Shown: positions 1 through 7,276 of the stretch, piece after piece | Layout: the number at the start of each line of letters is the position of its first letter | How positions within the stretch are numbered: position 1 is the first letter of the stretch | DNA from: a virus | Lineage: Duplodnaviria; Caudoviricetes | DNA length: 28,589 bases | Reading direction: 5' to 3' (one strand) | Virus record (IMG/VR): IMGVR_UViG_3300037422_000398 | Span: 1 to 28,589 of that record | Notes under the pieces: model-generated | What the model saw: the letters and a program-made list of their open reading frames with translations, nothing else | The model's database searches: none | Told to the model about the DNA's origin: nothing | Made by a program: the position numbers and the translations under genes

Positions 1-50
1 CAGGTTTCAATGGCACACATGATGTATCCATCAGCGGACACGACGAATGA
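1..50 (+). CDS. 3' end of an upstream gene truncated by the window edge
   Basis: Open frame from position 3 (GFNGTHDVSISGHDE*) ends in TGA 48-50, overlapping the next ATG (ATGA coupling). Confidence 0.55.
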   Translation, partial: GFNGTHDVSISGHDE

Positions 51-346
51 TCTTCCCACCGCAAGGCACCATCGAAAAATTCGCTAAAGAAGTGTGGAAG
101 GACGACTACGACCGCTACACCAGGCCCACGATCGAAGTCGAAGTGAGGGAGCCGGAGTGGGTTCGCATCAAACTGTCGCGAATGTACGATGCGCCCGGGC
201 TCACGTTCCAACATCTCACGAAGCTCTCCGAATTCTTCGGCACCATCCACATCAACGACCCGGACTACTTCTCCAACGGCGGCTGCGATACGTGCGACTA
301 CGGATCCAGCTACGGCTTCACACTTGAAATCCGCCCCGACAAATGA
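47..346 (+). CDS. Phage hypothetical protein (99 aa) with C-terminal GCDTCDYGS (CxxC) motif
   Basis: ATGA overlaps at both ends; C/G-ending codon bias; CxxC motif. Confidence 0.8.
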   Translation: MIFPPQGTIEKFAKEVWKDDYDRYTRPTIEVEVREPEWVRIKLSRMYDAPGLTFQHLTKLSEFFGTIHINDPDYFSNGGCDTCDYGSSYGFTLEIRPDK

Positions 347-726
347 CTCACACCGTCTTCCACGCAAAGTCCTCAGTAAAACGATGGGGCGGCTGCGAAG
401 CTGACTACCTCCCCATCCACGATTGGTTTGACGCCACAAAGGAAATGATGGCTGACTTTCGCCATCGCGCTCTGCGGCACCATAGCCAAGGTATCTTCGA
501 AGCCGAACGCGTGTTCGGCCATTCAATCACCAATTCCGACGGGAAGGTAATCCCCGTGCGGTACATAGGCGAACAACACGTAATGGAGGACTGCGGTGGA
601 CGAATCCCAACAGTCGCGGATTGGCTCGGTGAGATCACTCCTCGAGGCTGGATGTCTCGAGGTTACGGTAAAGATCAATCCGACGCAGCTGCCCCAAGAC
701 CCGAACTACGCAATCAGGACACTTGA
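343..726 (+). CDS. DUF6915-like protein (His-rich, unknown function)
   Basis: Motifs HAKSSVKRWGG, IHDWFDATK, RHRALRHHSQGIFEAERVFG and IGEQHVMEDCGGRIPTVADWL are recognisable as DUF6915. Confidence 0.8.
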   Translation: MTHTVFHAKSSVKRWGGCEADYLPIHDWFDATKEMMADFRHRALRHHSQGIFEAERVFGHSITNSDGKVIPVRYIGEQHVMEDCGGRIPTVADWLGEITPRGWMSRGYGKDQSDAAAPRPELRNQDT

Positions 727-727
727 C

Positions 728-1270
728 ATGGACATCCGCAACATGGTGCACAAACCCTTCGTCGAGAGCGAGTGTTCCCTCCATCTCGATCGCCTCTCAA
801 AACAGATGCGCGGTAAAGTCAAACGCGCGATCCTCAACGGCTTCATCGACGTGTATCGTGGCGACTCACACGCAGTCTTCACGGCGATCTGTCAACTCCA
901 TAACCTACCGGAGATTTCAGTACCTACGCGCGGCTATTCCGCCGAGGACATCTCCGTTCACTGGCACAACAGCGACAAGCCGCAGCTGCTGCTCGACAAG
1001 CTCGAAGAGATCTTCACTGCGGAACAAGTAGCGGCGAAGATGATCCACGGGCACAATAATAAGAGCCACGACTACCGTGTTTCGGGAAGGCAGGAGCCGC
1101 GACGGAACCTCTACCAGTATTCGGCCAACTACAACTTCAAGAACACCAAGCCCGACTGGGGCGAGATCATCAGAGAGTGCATCGCAGCGACCCCCTGGTG
1201 GCAGGAACGCATCAACGCTGCGATGGCAACGTTCAACTCTGGAAAGGTGTCATTCAGATACAATGGATAA
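728..1270 (+). CDS. Hypothetical protein (about 180 aa)
   Basis: Part of ORF 596..1270. ATG 728 lies 2 nt after the previous stop with AGGA upstream and is preferred as start. Confidence 0.7.
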   Translation: MDIRNMVHKPFVESECSLHLDRLSKQMRGKVKRAILNGFIDVYRGDSHAVFTAICQLHNLPEISVPTRGYSAEDISVHWHNSDKPQLLLDKLEEIFTAEQVAAKMIHGHNNKSHDYRVSGRQEPRRNLYQYSANYNFKNTKPDWGEIIRECIAATPWWQERINAAMATFNSGKVSFRYNG

Positions 1271-1904
1271 AGCGACCGCCGTGGATATCACCGGCGGCCT
1301 TTCGAACCCATCGAAGATGCCTGGCTACGCTTACGGCATCCCGGCCGTCCGGTGTAAGGTAGGATCCAAACTCCACGAAGTCCCGAATTCCGTTTGCTCC
1401 AGCTGCTACGCACTCAAGGGCATGTACGTGATGCCGAACGTGAAGGTCGCTCAGGAACGTCGGTTCCAAGCCCTGAGTGATCCGCTCTGGGTCGATGCCA
1501 TGGTCTATCTCATCCTGACGGTTCCGCAGAAGCACCGTGGACACTTCCGCTGGCACGACTCAGGCGACCTGCAAGACATGGATCATCTACTGAAGATCGT
1601 CGAGGTCTGCGAGATGACTCCTGAAGTTCAGCACTACCTGCCTACCCGAGAGCGCGGTCTCGTGCTCTCCTACGTCCGCCAGTTCGGAGGGTTTCCTCCG
1701 AACCTGGCGCTACGCCTGTCGGACCCGATGGTTGATGGTACGCACCACGAACATAGTGAGCACGTACTATCGTCGACTGTCTTTCGGCATAAGCCCCCCG
1801 TGGGGTACAAGTGCCCCGCAAAGGAGAAGTTCGGCAACACCTGCGGCCCGTGCCGCGCCTGCTGGGATACGTCGGTCCCCGTGATCGCGTACCCTTGGCA
1901 TTGA
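1263..1904 (+). CDS. GP88-like protein (Cys-rich, radical-SAM/Fe-S-like)
   Basis: LSNPSKMPG, C-x13-CxxCYA, FRWHDSGD and C-terminal CPA...CGPCRACW match the phage gene product 88 family. ATG 1263 overlaps the preceding ORF end. Confidence 0.8.
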   Translation: MDKATAVDITGGLSNPSKMPGYAYGIPAVRCKVGSKLHEVPNSVCSSCYALKGMYVMPNVKVAQERRFQALSDPLWVDAMVYLILTVPQKHRGHFRWHDSGDLQDMDHLLKIVEVCEMTPEVQHYLPTRERGLVLSYVRQFGGFPPNLALRLSDPMVDGTHHEHSEHVLSSTVFRHKPPVGYKCPAKEKFGNTCGPCRACWDTSVPVIAYPWH

Positions 1905-1923
1905 CCACCGCTTGAGTTATACT
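1895..1923 (+). promoter_or_regulatory. Sigma70-type promoter
   Basis: TTGGCA (1895-1900), 17-nt spacer, TATACT (1918-1923): 5/6 match at both hexamers, at the only sizeable intergenic gap of the + strand block. Confidence 0.7.
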
Positions 1924-1965
1924 AGGAGCCTTGCACATGACGTATAACCGCTCCAAGGTGAATCA

Positions 1966-2367
1966 ATGACCGAATCCACTGACGTCCGCAAGCTCACGCT
2001 CGGCGAGGAGATCGACGAACTCTGGGAGAAGCGCGAAGAGATTCGTGCCCTGGAGGACGAGGCTGCTCGCAAACAGAAGGCCTACAACATCGCCGAAGCT
2101 CACCTTCGTGAGCGCATGCTCAAAGAGAACCTTCCGAAGGCTGCTGGCCGCAAAGGAATCGTTACCGTCACCACGTCCGTTGTTCCGACAGTCAAGGACT
2201 GGGATGTGTTCTACGAGTTCATCCATCGCCACCGCTACTATCATCTGCTCGAACGTCGCCCGTCGGTCTCTGGCTGTCGGGAACTGTTCGAATCGAAGGG
2301 TCTGGTCCCAGGCGTCGAGCCCTTCGTGAAAGAGAAACTTCGCCTGGTCACAGGAGATGATCAATGA
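1966..2367 (+). CDS. Conserved phage protein (coiled-coil N-terminus, VxDWD-F motif), partner of the downstream SSB-like gene
   Basis: AAGGTG RBS; PTVKDWDVFYEFI...HLLERR...VPGV pattern typical of phage replication-region proteins. Confidence 0.8.
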   Translation: MTESTDVRKLTLGEEIDELWEKREEIRALEDEAARKQKAYNIAEAHLRERMLKENLPKAAGRKGIVTVTTSVVPTVKDWDVFYEFIHRHRYYHLLERRPSVSGCRELFESKGLVPGVEPFVKEKLRLVTGDDQ

Positions 2368-3110
2368 CCGATATCGACCAGAATGCTGAAGGTACCGTGG
2401 TCCACGGACTCCCCGTCGACTTCAAAGCCCTCATGGAGAAGCAGTTACAGTCGCTGACCAAGCGCGTCGCACCGGCCAGTGGCGACAAGATCCGCGTCGG
2501 CCAGAACAAGATGTTCACGTTCCCCGACGGGTCGACTACCCCCGACCCCTTCCAGGCAGTCATCGTCGACTTCATCGCGTCGAACGACTTCTACGAGACC
2601 GGGTTCGACAAGAACGACATCACCCCTCCTGATTGCTTCGCCCGCGGCATCGAGCCGCAGCTGCTGGTGCCCAGCGCCAACAGCCCGAGCAAGCAGGCGG
2701 ACTCGTGCGCGGTATGCCCGAACAACCAGTGGGGCTCCGGCCCCAACGGTAAGGGTAAGGCGTGCAAGAACTCGAGGCTGATGGCGCTCTTGCCGGTGGA
2801 TATGACTCTCGAGTCGCCCATCTGGCTGCTCCAAGCGTCGCCGACCGCGATCCAGTACTTCGACAAGTACGTGACCGCGCTGGGTACGCAGCTGGGGCTC
2901 ATGCCGTGGGCGGTGGTCACCACCATCGGCTTCGACCCGAGTCAGGAATACCCGAGTATCCGGTTCGCCAAACCGGAACGGCTCGATCCGTCCCGCGCGC
3001 TGGAGTTCTTCGCGCGCCAGGAGGAAGCGCGCAAGCGGCTGCTCCAGGAGCCGGACGTCAGCCAGGTTGGGGCCGCCAAGCCGGCCACCAAGTCGCTTCG
3101 CCGTCGGTGA
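2364..3110 (+). CDS. Putative ssDNA-binding/annealing protein with Zn-binding Cys cluster
   Basis: AGGAG RBS; PDC...CAVCPNNQWGSG...GKACKNSR motif. Function is inferred from family resemblance and context. Confidence 0.65.
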   Translation: MTDIDQNAEGTVVHGLPVDFKALMEKQLQSLTKRVAPASGDKIRVGQNKMFTFPDGSTTPDPFQAVIVDFIASNDFYETGFDKNDITPPDCFARGIEPQLLVPSANSPSKQADSCAVCPNNQWGSGPNGKGKACKNSRLMALLPVDMTLESPIWLLQASPTAIQYFDKYVTALGTQLGLMPWAVVTTIGFDPSQEYPSIRFAKPERLDPSRALEFFARQEEARKRLLQEPDVSQVGAAKPATKSLRRR

Positions 3111-3352
3111 AGCTGAAAGCTCTACCAGGTGCCAACATAGCGGGACTGGGACCCCAAGGGGAACCAGTCCCGTTCCCCTGCGCAGCGTGTCAGGCACCAG
3201 CAACGCGCTACTGCTTCAACGACCGGTGGCTCTGCAGCCCCTGCTATCAGACGGAGTTCTATGCCGCACAAGCCAAGCGCGATCACGAAGTACGTCGAGG
3301 AGCACCCGGAAGCCCTGAAACCCAAGGAGAATCAGAGTGGCAAAGCAAGTAA
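3107..3352 (+). CDS. Small zinc-finger protein (81 aa, B-box-like)
   Basis: GTG 3107 overlaps the upstream TGA (GTGA); CAACQAPATRYCFNDRWLCSPC. Confidence 0.65.
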   Translation: MKLKALPGANIAGLGPQGEPVPFPCAACQAPATRYCFNDRWLCSPCYQTEFYAAQAKRDHEVRRGAPGSPETQGESEWQSK

Positions 3353-3873
3353 GCGTAGACATCGAAACACTGGGAACCGCCGAAAACGCAGTGATCCTGT
3401 CGATCGGAGCGGTGAAGTTCGACGAGACGAACCTGTATGAGGAGTTCTACACCACGTGCGAGATCGACCAGCAGCTGAAAGACGGCCGCACCGTGACCGG
3501 TGACACCATCAAGTTCTGGCTCAAGCAGAACGAAGCCGCTAAGAGCGCGGCATTCCCGAAGGAAGCGGAGCACAGCCTATACAGTGCGACGCACGCATTC
3601 GCGGAGTGGTACGGCACCGACAATACTCAGTTGATTTGGGCCAAGCCGGCGACGTTCGACATCACCATCCTCAACAACGCCTACAAGCAGTTCGGCTGGT
3701 TCACTCCTCCGTGGCACTACCGCAGCATCAGGTGCTTGAGCACCTTAATGCGGACGTTCCCGCGGGTCAAGCCGCAGGCGCAAGCGGCCATCGAGCACCA
3801 CGCGCTCGACGACGCGAAAGAGCAGGCCCTTTTCATCCAGCTGCTGCTGGACTACATCAAGGAGAAGCAGTAA
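3337..3873 (+). CDS. 3'-5' exonuclease, DEDDh (Rv2179c/DUF5051-like)
   Basis: VDIETLG (ExoI), FDITIL (ExoII), HHALDDAKEQA (ExoIII); AAGGAG RBS before GTG. Confidence 0.9.
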   Translation: MAKQVSVDIETLGTAENAVILSIGAVKFDETNLYEEFYTTCEIDQQLKDGRTVTGDTIKFWLKQNEAAKSAAFPKEAEHSLYSATHAFAEWYGTDNTQLIWAKPATFDITILNNAYKQFGWFTPPWHYRSIRCLSTLMRTFPRVKPQAQAAIEHHALDDAKEQALFIQLLLDYIKEKQ

Positions 3874-4058
3874 TGGCTACCAAAAAAGCGCTTTACATCG
3901 CAATCGACTCGGATGATATGATCGGTATCGGCAACTCGGAATCTGAAGCAATCACCGATCTGCAAAACAACTCTGATATGGATCCCGTCGCCGTTCTAAT
4001 GGTGCCTAGGGCTCTCCTGGTTCCGGCGAAGCACAACGTATACGTCGTGGGAGACTAA
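3873..4058 (+). CDS. Small acidic hypothetical protein (61 aa)
   Basis: TAATG coupling, AAGGAG RBS; MATKKALYIAIDSDD... Confidence 0.7.
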   Translation: MATKKALYIAIDSDDMIGIGNSESEAITDLQNNSDMDPVAVLMVPRALLVPAKHNVYVVGD

Positions 4059-4061
4059 CGC

Positions 4062-4592
4062 ATGAGCCGGCCAGCAGTTATTGGCATCGCCGGCCCGGCC
4101 CGGGCAGGCAAAGACACGATCTGCCGCCTGATCATCGCCCACATCGGCGGGTATCGCTACTCGTTCGCGGACCCGATTCGGGCGATGCTCAAGGCTGGCT
4201 TCGGCATCGACATGAGCGATCCGTACTGGATCGAGAACAAGGAGAACGTCATTCCTGCCTTGGGCAAGTCGCCGCGGCAGCTGATGCAGACCCTCGGGAC
4301 CGAGTGGGGTCGGGAGATGGTGAACAAGGACTTGTGGCTGATCCTGGGCCTGAACCAGATCGCCTCTACCGGCCCTGGGATGATCATCCCCGACGTACGA
4401 TTCCAGAACGAAGCGGACTGGGTGCGCAAGCACGGCGCCCTGATCCACGTCCGGCGTGACGCGGCGCCAGTCGTCGCCGCGCATGAGAGCGAAGCGGGCA
4501 TCACTCCGCTCGAACACGAACCGGTGTTCATCAACAACAGCACGATCGAAGGCCTTGACCTTCTCGTGCGAGACTGGCTCCATGTCGCGTAA
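4062..4592 (+). CDS. Deoxynucleoside monophosphate kinase
   Basis: P-loop GIAGPARAGKDT, SFADPIR, SPRQLMQTLGTEWGR, IIPDVRFQNEA, HESE: T4 gp1/T5 dNK-type family. Confidence 0.92.
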   Translation: MSRPAVIGIAGPARAGKDTICRLIIAHIGGYRYSFADPIRAMLKAGFGIDMSDPYWIENKENVIPALGKSPRQLMQTLGTEWGREMVNKDLWLILGLNQIASTGPGMIIPDVRFQNEADWVRKHGALIHVRRDAAPVVAAHESEAGITPLEHEPVFINNSTIEGLDLLVRDWLHVA

Positions 4593-5178
4593 GCCTGAAA
4601 CGACTTTCATCAATGCGGTCCACAAGAAGGTCAAAGCAAGTGGACCGCGACCTCACTTCGAGAAGATGCACAACCCGTACCGCGGTGGCACTGCGGACGT
4701 ATGGTACTCGGGCGAGAAGAGCGATCTGTGGGTGGAGTACAAGTGGATCACAGATCTGCCAGCCAGCGGGTACGTAGTACCCGACCTTTCCACACTGCAG
4801 CGCGACTGGTTAGATTCGCGATGGGCAGAGGGACGCCGTGTCTGGGTGGCCGTAGGCCACCCAGACGGAGTGCTTGTCGCCACAACTCCTACTGATTGGG
4901 GGAATGGGATGCATACGCACTGGTCCATCAGCCGCGAGGACTATGCGCGTTCACTCCAGGAGTTCGTAGGCCCATGCAAATCGTCAAAGGAATCCTCCAT
5001 ACCTCTCTCGCATTCAACGGCATCTACCGCTCCATCACAACAGCGGTCCTCATCGCGATCACGGTCTACTCGATCTACGACGGTGTCAGGGCCTTCAATA
5101 GGAGAAAAGATCATTGATCTGCTGGGAAACCAAAAACCATTTATCGTTGAAGTTCAACATCACCGTCGACGAAAATGA
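4582..5178 (+). CDS. PD-(D/E)xK nuclease (VRR-NUC/Holliday-junction-resolvase-like) with Ser-rich C-terminal extension
   Basis: PETTF...GGTADVWYSG...WVEYK...LSTLQRDWL...GRRVWVAVG; ATG 4582 overlaps the kinase end. Confidence 0.8.
   Translation: MSRKPETTFINAVHKKVKASGPRPHFEKMHNPYRGGTADVWYSGEKSDLWVEYKWITDLPASGYVVPDLSTLQRDWLDSRWAEGRRVWVAVGHPDGVLVATTPTDWGNGMHTHWSISREDYARSLQEFVGPCKSSKESSIPLSHSTASTAPSQQRSSSRSRSTRSTTVSGPSIGEKIIDLLGNQKPFIVEVQHHRRRK
4974..5117 (+). CDS. Small single-TM membrane protein (47 aa) nested in the nuclease ORF tail
   Basis: MQIVKGILHTSLAFNGIYRSITTAVLIAITVYSIYDGVRAFNRRKDH; AGGAG upstream; ATC/GTC/TAC-type codons; TTGA-coupled to the next ORF. Confidence 0.55.
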   Translation: MQIVKGILHTSLAFNGIYRSITTAVLIAITVYSIYDGVRAFNRRKDH

Positions 5179-5443
5179 GCTCTACTTCCCGAAAGGATTC
5201 CCGATCGAAGTTTTCCTCGCGCGTGGCGTTGAAACGCAGGATCCGCTCGTCATCGAGCTCGGAGTCCACATCGCAAGTTACCTTCTATCGGGACGAGGTT
5301 TCAGCTTCAACGGGTACGAAATACGAGACACCGTGGACTATCTGCCGTGGTTGGCGGAACTACGAAGTCTTCTACTTGGGGGAACCACAATTCCAACTCG
5401 ACGATTCCCTCGTCGTGCGCCCCGAGACCGCGACGGTACCTGA
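5114..5443 (+). CDS. Hypothetical protein (109 aa)
   Basis: TTG start with AGGAG at 5100-5104; typical codon usage over the first ~75 codons. Confidence 0.55.
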   Translation: MICWETKNHLSLKFNITVDENELYFPKGFPIEVFLARGVETQDPLVIELGVHIASYLLSGRGFSFNGYEIRDTVDYLPWLAELRSLLLGGTTIPTRRFPRRAPRDRDGT

Positions 5444-5648
5444 CTTCATTAAGGAATTGATCGTCGGCGACCTCGTACGCCGCAAGATGCTCGGCGTACA
5501 TGACCCGGGCATAAAAGAGATCATGAAACAAGAGATGGTAAAGTTGTGGGCAGACCGATTTGACGAGACCCTCTTCGAGTCTCTAACCAAACCCATGGAG
5601 CAACTGCTTCAAGCACAAGGAGGGCTTCCACTTGTGGATCCTGACTAA
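5175..5648 (+). CDS. Hypothetical protein (up to 157 aa; true start uncertain)
   Basis: ATGA-coupled to the nuclease stop. The C-terminal ~100 codons look coding and are the only + strand ORF covering 5444-5631. Confidence 0.55.
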   Translation: MSSTSRKDSRSKFSSRVALKRRIRSSSSSESTSQVTFYRDEVSASTGTKYETPWTICRGWRNYEVFYLGEPQFQLDDSLVVRPETATVPDFIKELIVGDLVRRKMLGVHDPGIKEIMKQEMVKLWADRFDETLFESLTKPMEQLLQAQGGLPLVDPD

Positions 5649-6228
5649 CACCAACCGGCTATTCTCATACGAAAACATGGAGAGCGCGGATATCGACATA
5701 GTCGACATCGCCCATGCCCTCGGTAATCAATGCCGCTTCGCCGGACACACCAACAAGTTCTACTCCGTCGCCGAGCACTCAGTGCTAGTCTCATCGCTCG
5801 TACCGCCCAAGTTCGCCCTGCAGGGTCTGCTGCACGACGCGCACGAGGCCTACATGACCGATGTGCCGACGCCGATGAAGCAGTGCTTGCCCGACTACGC
5901 GGCACTCGAACTCAAGGTCGAAGCGCGTTTGCGCTGGGCTCTCGGCGTTCCCGCGGAGTTCGATCCATGCGTCAAAGACGCTGACAGAGAAGCACTGTGG
6001 ATCGAGCGCGAGCAACTGCTTCCGCCGAACCCCGCTTGGGAGCGCCCGGAGTGGGAACGTCCGCCGCCGCGCATGTTGCCCGTCTATCTCAACTGCTTTC
6101 CTCCACACATCGCGAAGGCGGTTTTCCTGCAACGATACTACGACCTGACCATGGCGGCGAAGGGAGCTCCAAACTCCAAGGACGGGGTTCGATTCCCTGG
6201 CAGGTTGCCCGACACGGAGGCGGCATGA
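5632..6228 (+). CDS. HD-domain phosphohydrolase (YfbR/5'-deoxynucleotidase-like)
   Basis: DIAHALGNQCRFAGH, YSVAEHS, LLHDAHEAYMTD, VKDAD; GGAGG RBS before TTG. Confidence 0.9.
   Translation: MWILTNTNRLFSYENMESADIDIVDIAHALGNQCRFAGHTNKFYSVAEHSVLVSSLVPPKFALQGLLHDAHEAYMTDVPTPMKQCLPDYAALELKVEARLRWALGVPAEFDPCVKDADREALWIEREQLLPPNPAWERPEWERPPPRMLPVYLNCFPPHIAKAVFLQRYYDLTMAAKGAPNSKDGVRFPGRLPDTEAA
6142..6210 (+). tRNA. Degenerate, D-arm-reduced tRNA-Trp(CCA)-like element
   Basis: Acceptor GACCTG/CAGGTT; anticodon arm GGAG-CTCCAAA-CTCC; T arm CGGGG-TTCGATT-CCCTG; discriminator G, then CCC. Only 13 nt lie between the acceptor and anticodon stems. Confidence 0.6.
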
Positions 6229-6890
6229 ACATTCTCGATCACGGACACGTGCGTCTGTTCGAGCACATGGGCTCGGACCTGAGTGTCGTGCGCAATGCAC
6301 GTGTCAGCTACGACGCTGAATGGCGCGAGAGCGACGAGAAGAAGGACGAGAAGCTGATTCACTACCTCATGAAGAACCGACACACTAGTCCGTTCGAGGC
6401 GGTGACCTTCACCTTCGACATCAAGTGCCCGATCTTCGTCGCTCGTCAGTGGCACCGGCATCGCACCTGGAGCTACAACGAAGTAAGCGCCAGGTACGCC
6501 GAACTGCCGGAGGAGTTCTACGTACCGAATGCCTCGCAGATCACCACCCAGTCCCCGAGCAATAAGCAGATGCGGACCGATGTGCAGCATCCAGACGCGG
6601 AGCGTTTTAAGGCGTGCATCCAAGAGCAGTGCGCGGATTCGTTCTGGTTGTACAAGAACCTGATCAAGCACGGATGCCCGAGGGAACTTGCCCGCGGCGT
6701 GTTGCCGTTGAATACCTACACGCACTTCTTCGGCACCGTGGATCTCCACAATCTCTTCCATTTCCTCAAGCTCCGTCTTCATCCCCACGCACAGTACGAG
6801 ATTCGCGTGTACGCGGAAGCGATGCTCGATCTCATCGAGCCAATCGTACCTGTGTGCGTCGCAGCCTTCAAGGAGCACCAACTCGCATGA
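6225..6890 (+). CDS. thyX: FAD-dependent thymidylate synthase
   Basis: ARVSY, HTSPFE, RQWHRHRTWSYNEVSARY (RHRx7S motif), ELARGVLP, LRLHPHAQYEIR; GGAGG RBS, ATG 6225. Confidence 0.97.
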   Translation: MNILDHGHVRLFEHMGSDLSVVRNARVSYDAEWRESDEKKDEKLIHYLMKNRHTSPFEAVTFTFDIKCPIFVARQWHRHRTWSYNEVSARYAELPEEFYVPNASQITTQSPSNKQMRTDVQHPDAERFKACIQEQCADSFWLYKNLIKHGCPRELARGVLPLNTYTHFFGTVDLHNLFHFLKLRLHPHAQYEIRVYAEAMLDLIEPIVPVCVAAFKEHQLA

Positions 6891-7276
6891 AACTCTATGC
6901 GATGAAATAAAACGGGCTTTGGGTCAGGTGGAACTGGGGTTCGAATTCGATCTACGAGCAACTAAAAACGGAGCTCCGCTTGAGCCCAAGTAAGATGGAC
7001 ATGATCCAAGGGATCACGAAGGTCAAGTTCCAGAACCGACAGCTGGAGAACTACGGCGTGATTACGATCGACGGACTGAAGCCCTTCCATGGTCCGTGGA
7101 CGACGTTCTTTGCATGGAAGCCGGTGCAGTACAACGGTGGCGGTTGGGCGTGGCTCTGCCGCGTCGCGGTGCGAGAGATCTCGGTCCCGACTCCGGATCA
7201 CGTATCTCACACCGTGTTGATCGAGTACCGTCGCGTCGGGGACGTCGTGAAGGAGAAGATGCTTGGCAACGTATGA
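6887..7276 (+). pseudogene. Hypothetical gene interrupted by one in-frame TAA (6908-6910); the downstream part 6980..7276 is open
   Basis: AAGGAG RBS and ATGA coupling to thyX. MKLYAMK*NGLWVRWNWGSNSIYEQLKTELRLSPSKMDM... continues without another stop to 7276. Confidence 0.55.

Noticed and set aside
5632-6228. HD gene as proof of a 2-aminoadenine (Z) genome
   Set aside because: No purZ or mazZ in the window, and YfbR-like HD genes are common in phages with unmodified DNA.
6930-6955. Second TPsiC-like string GGGGTTCGAATTC
   Set aside because: The T-stem does not pair beyond 2 bp and no anticodon or acceptor arms can be built.
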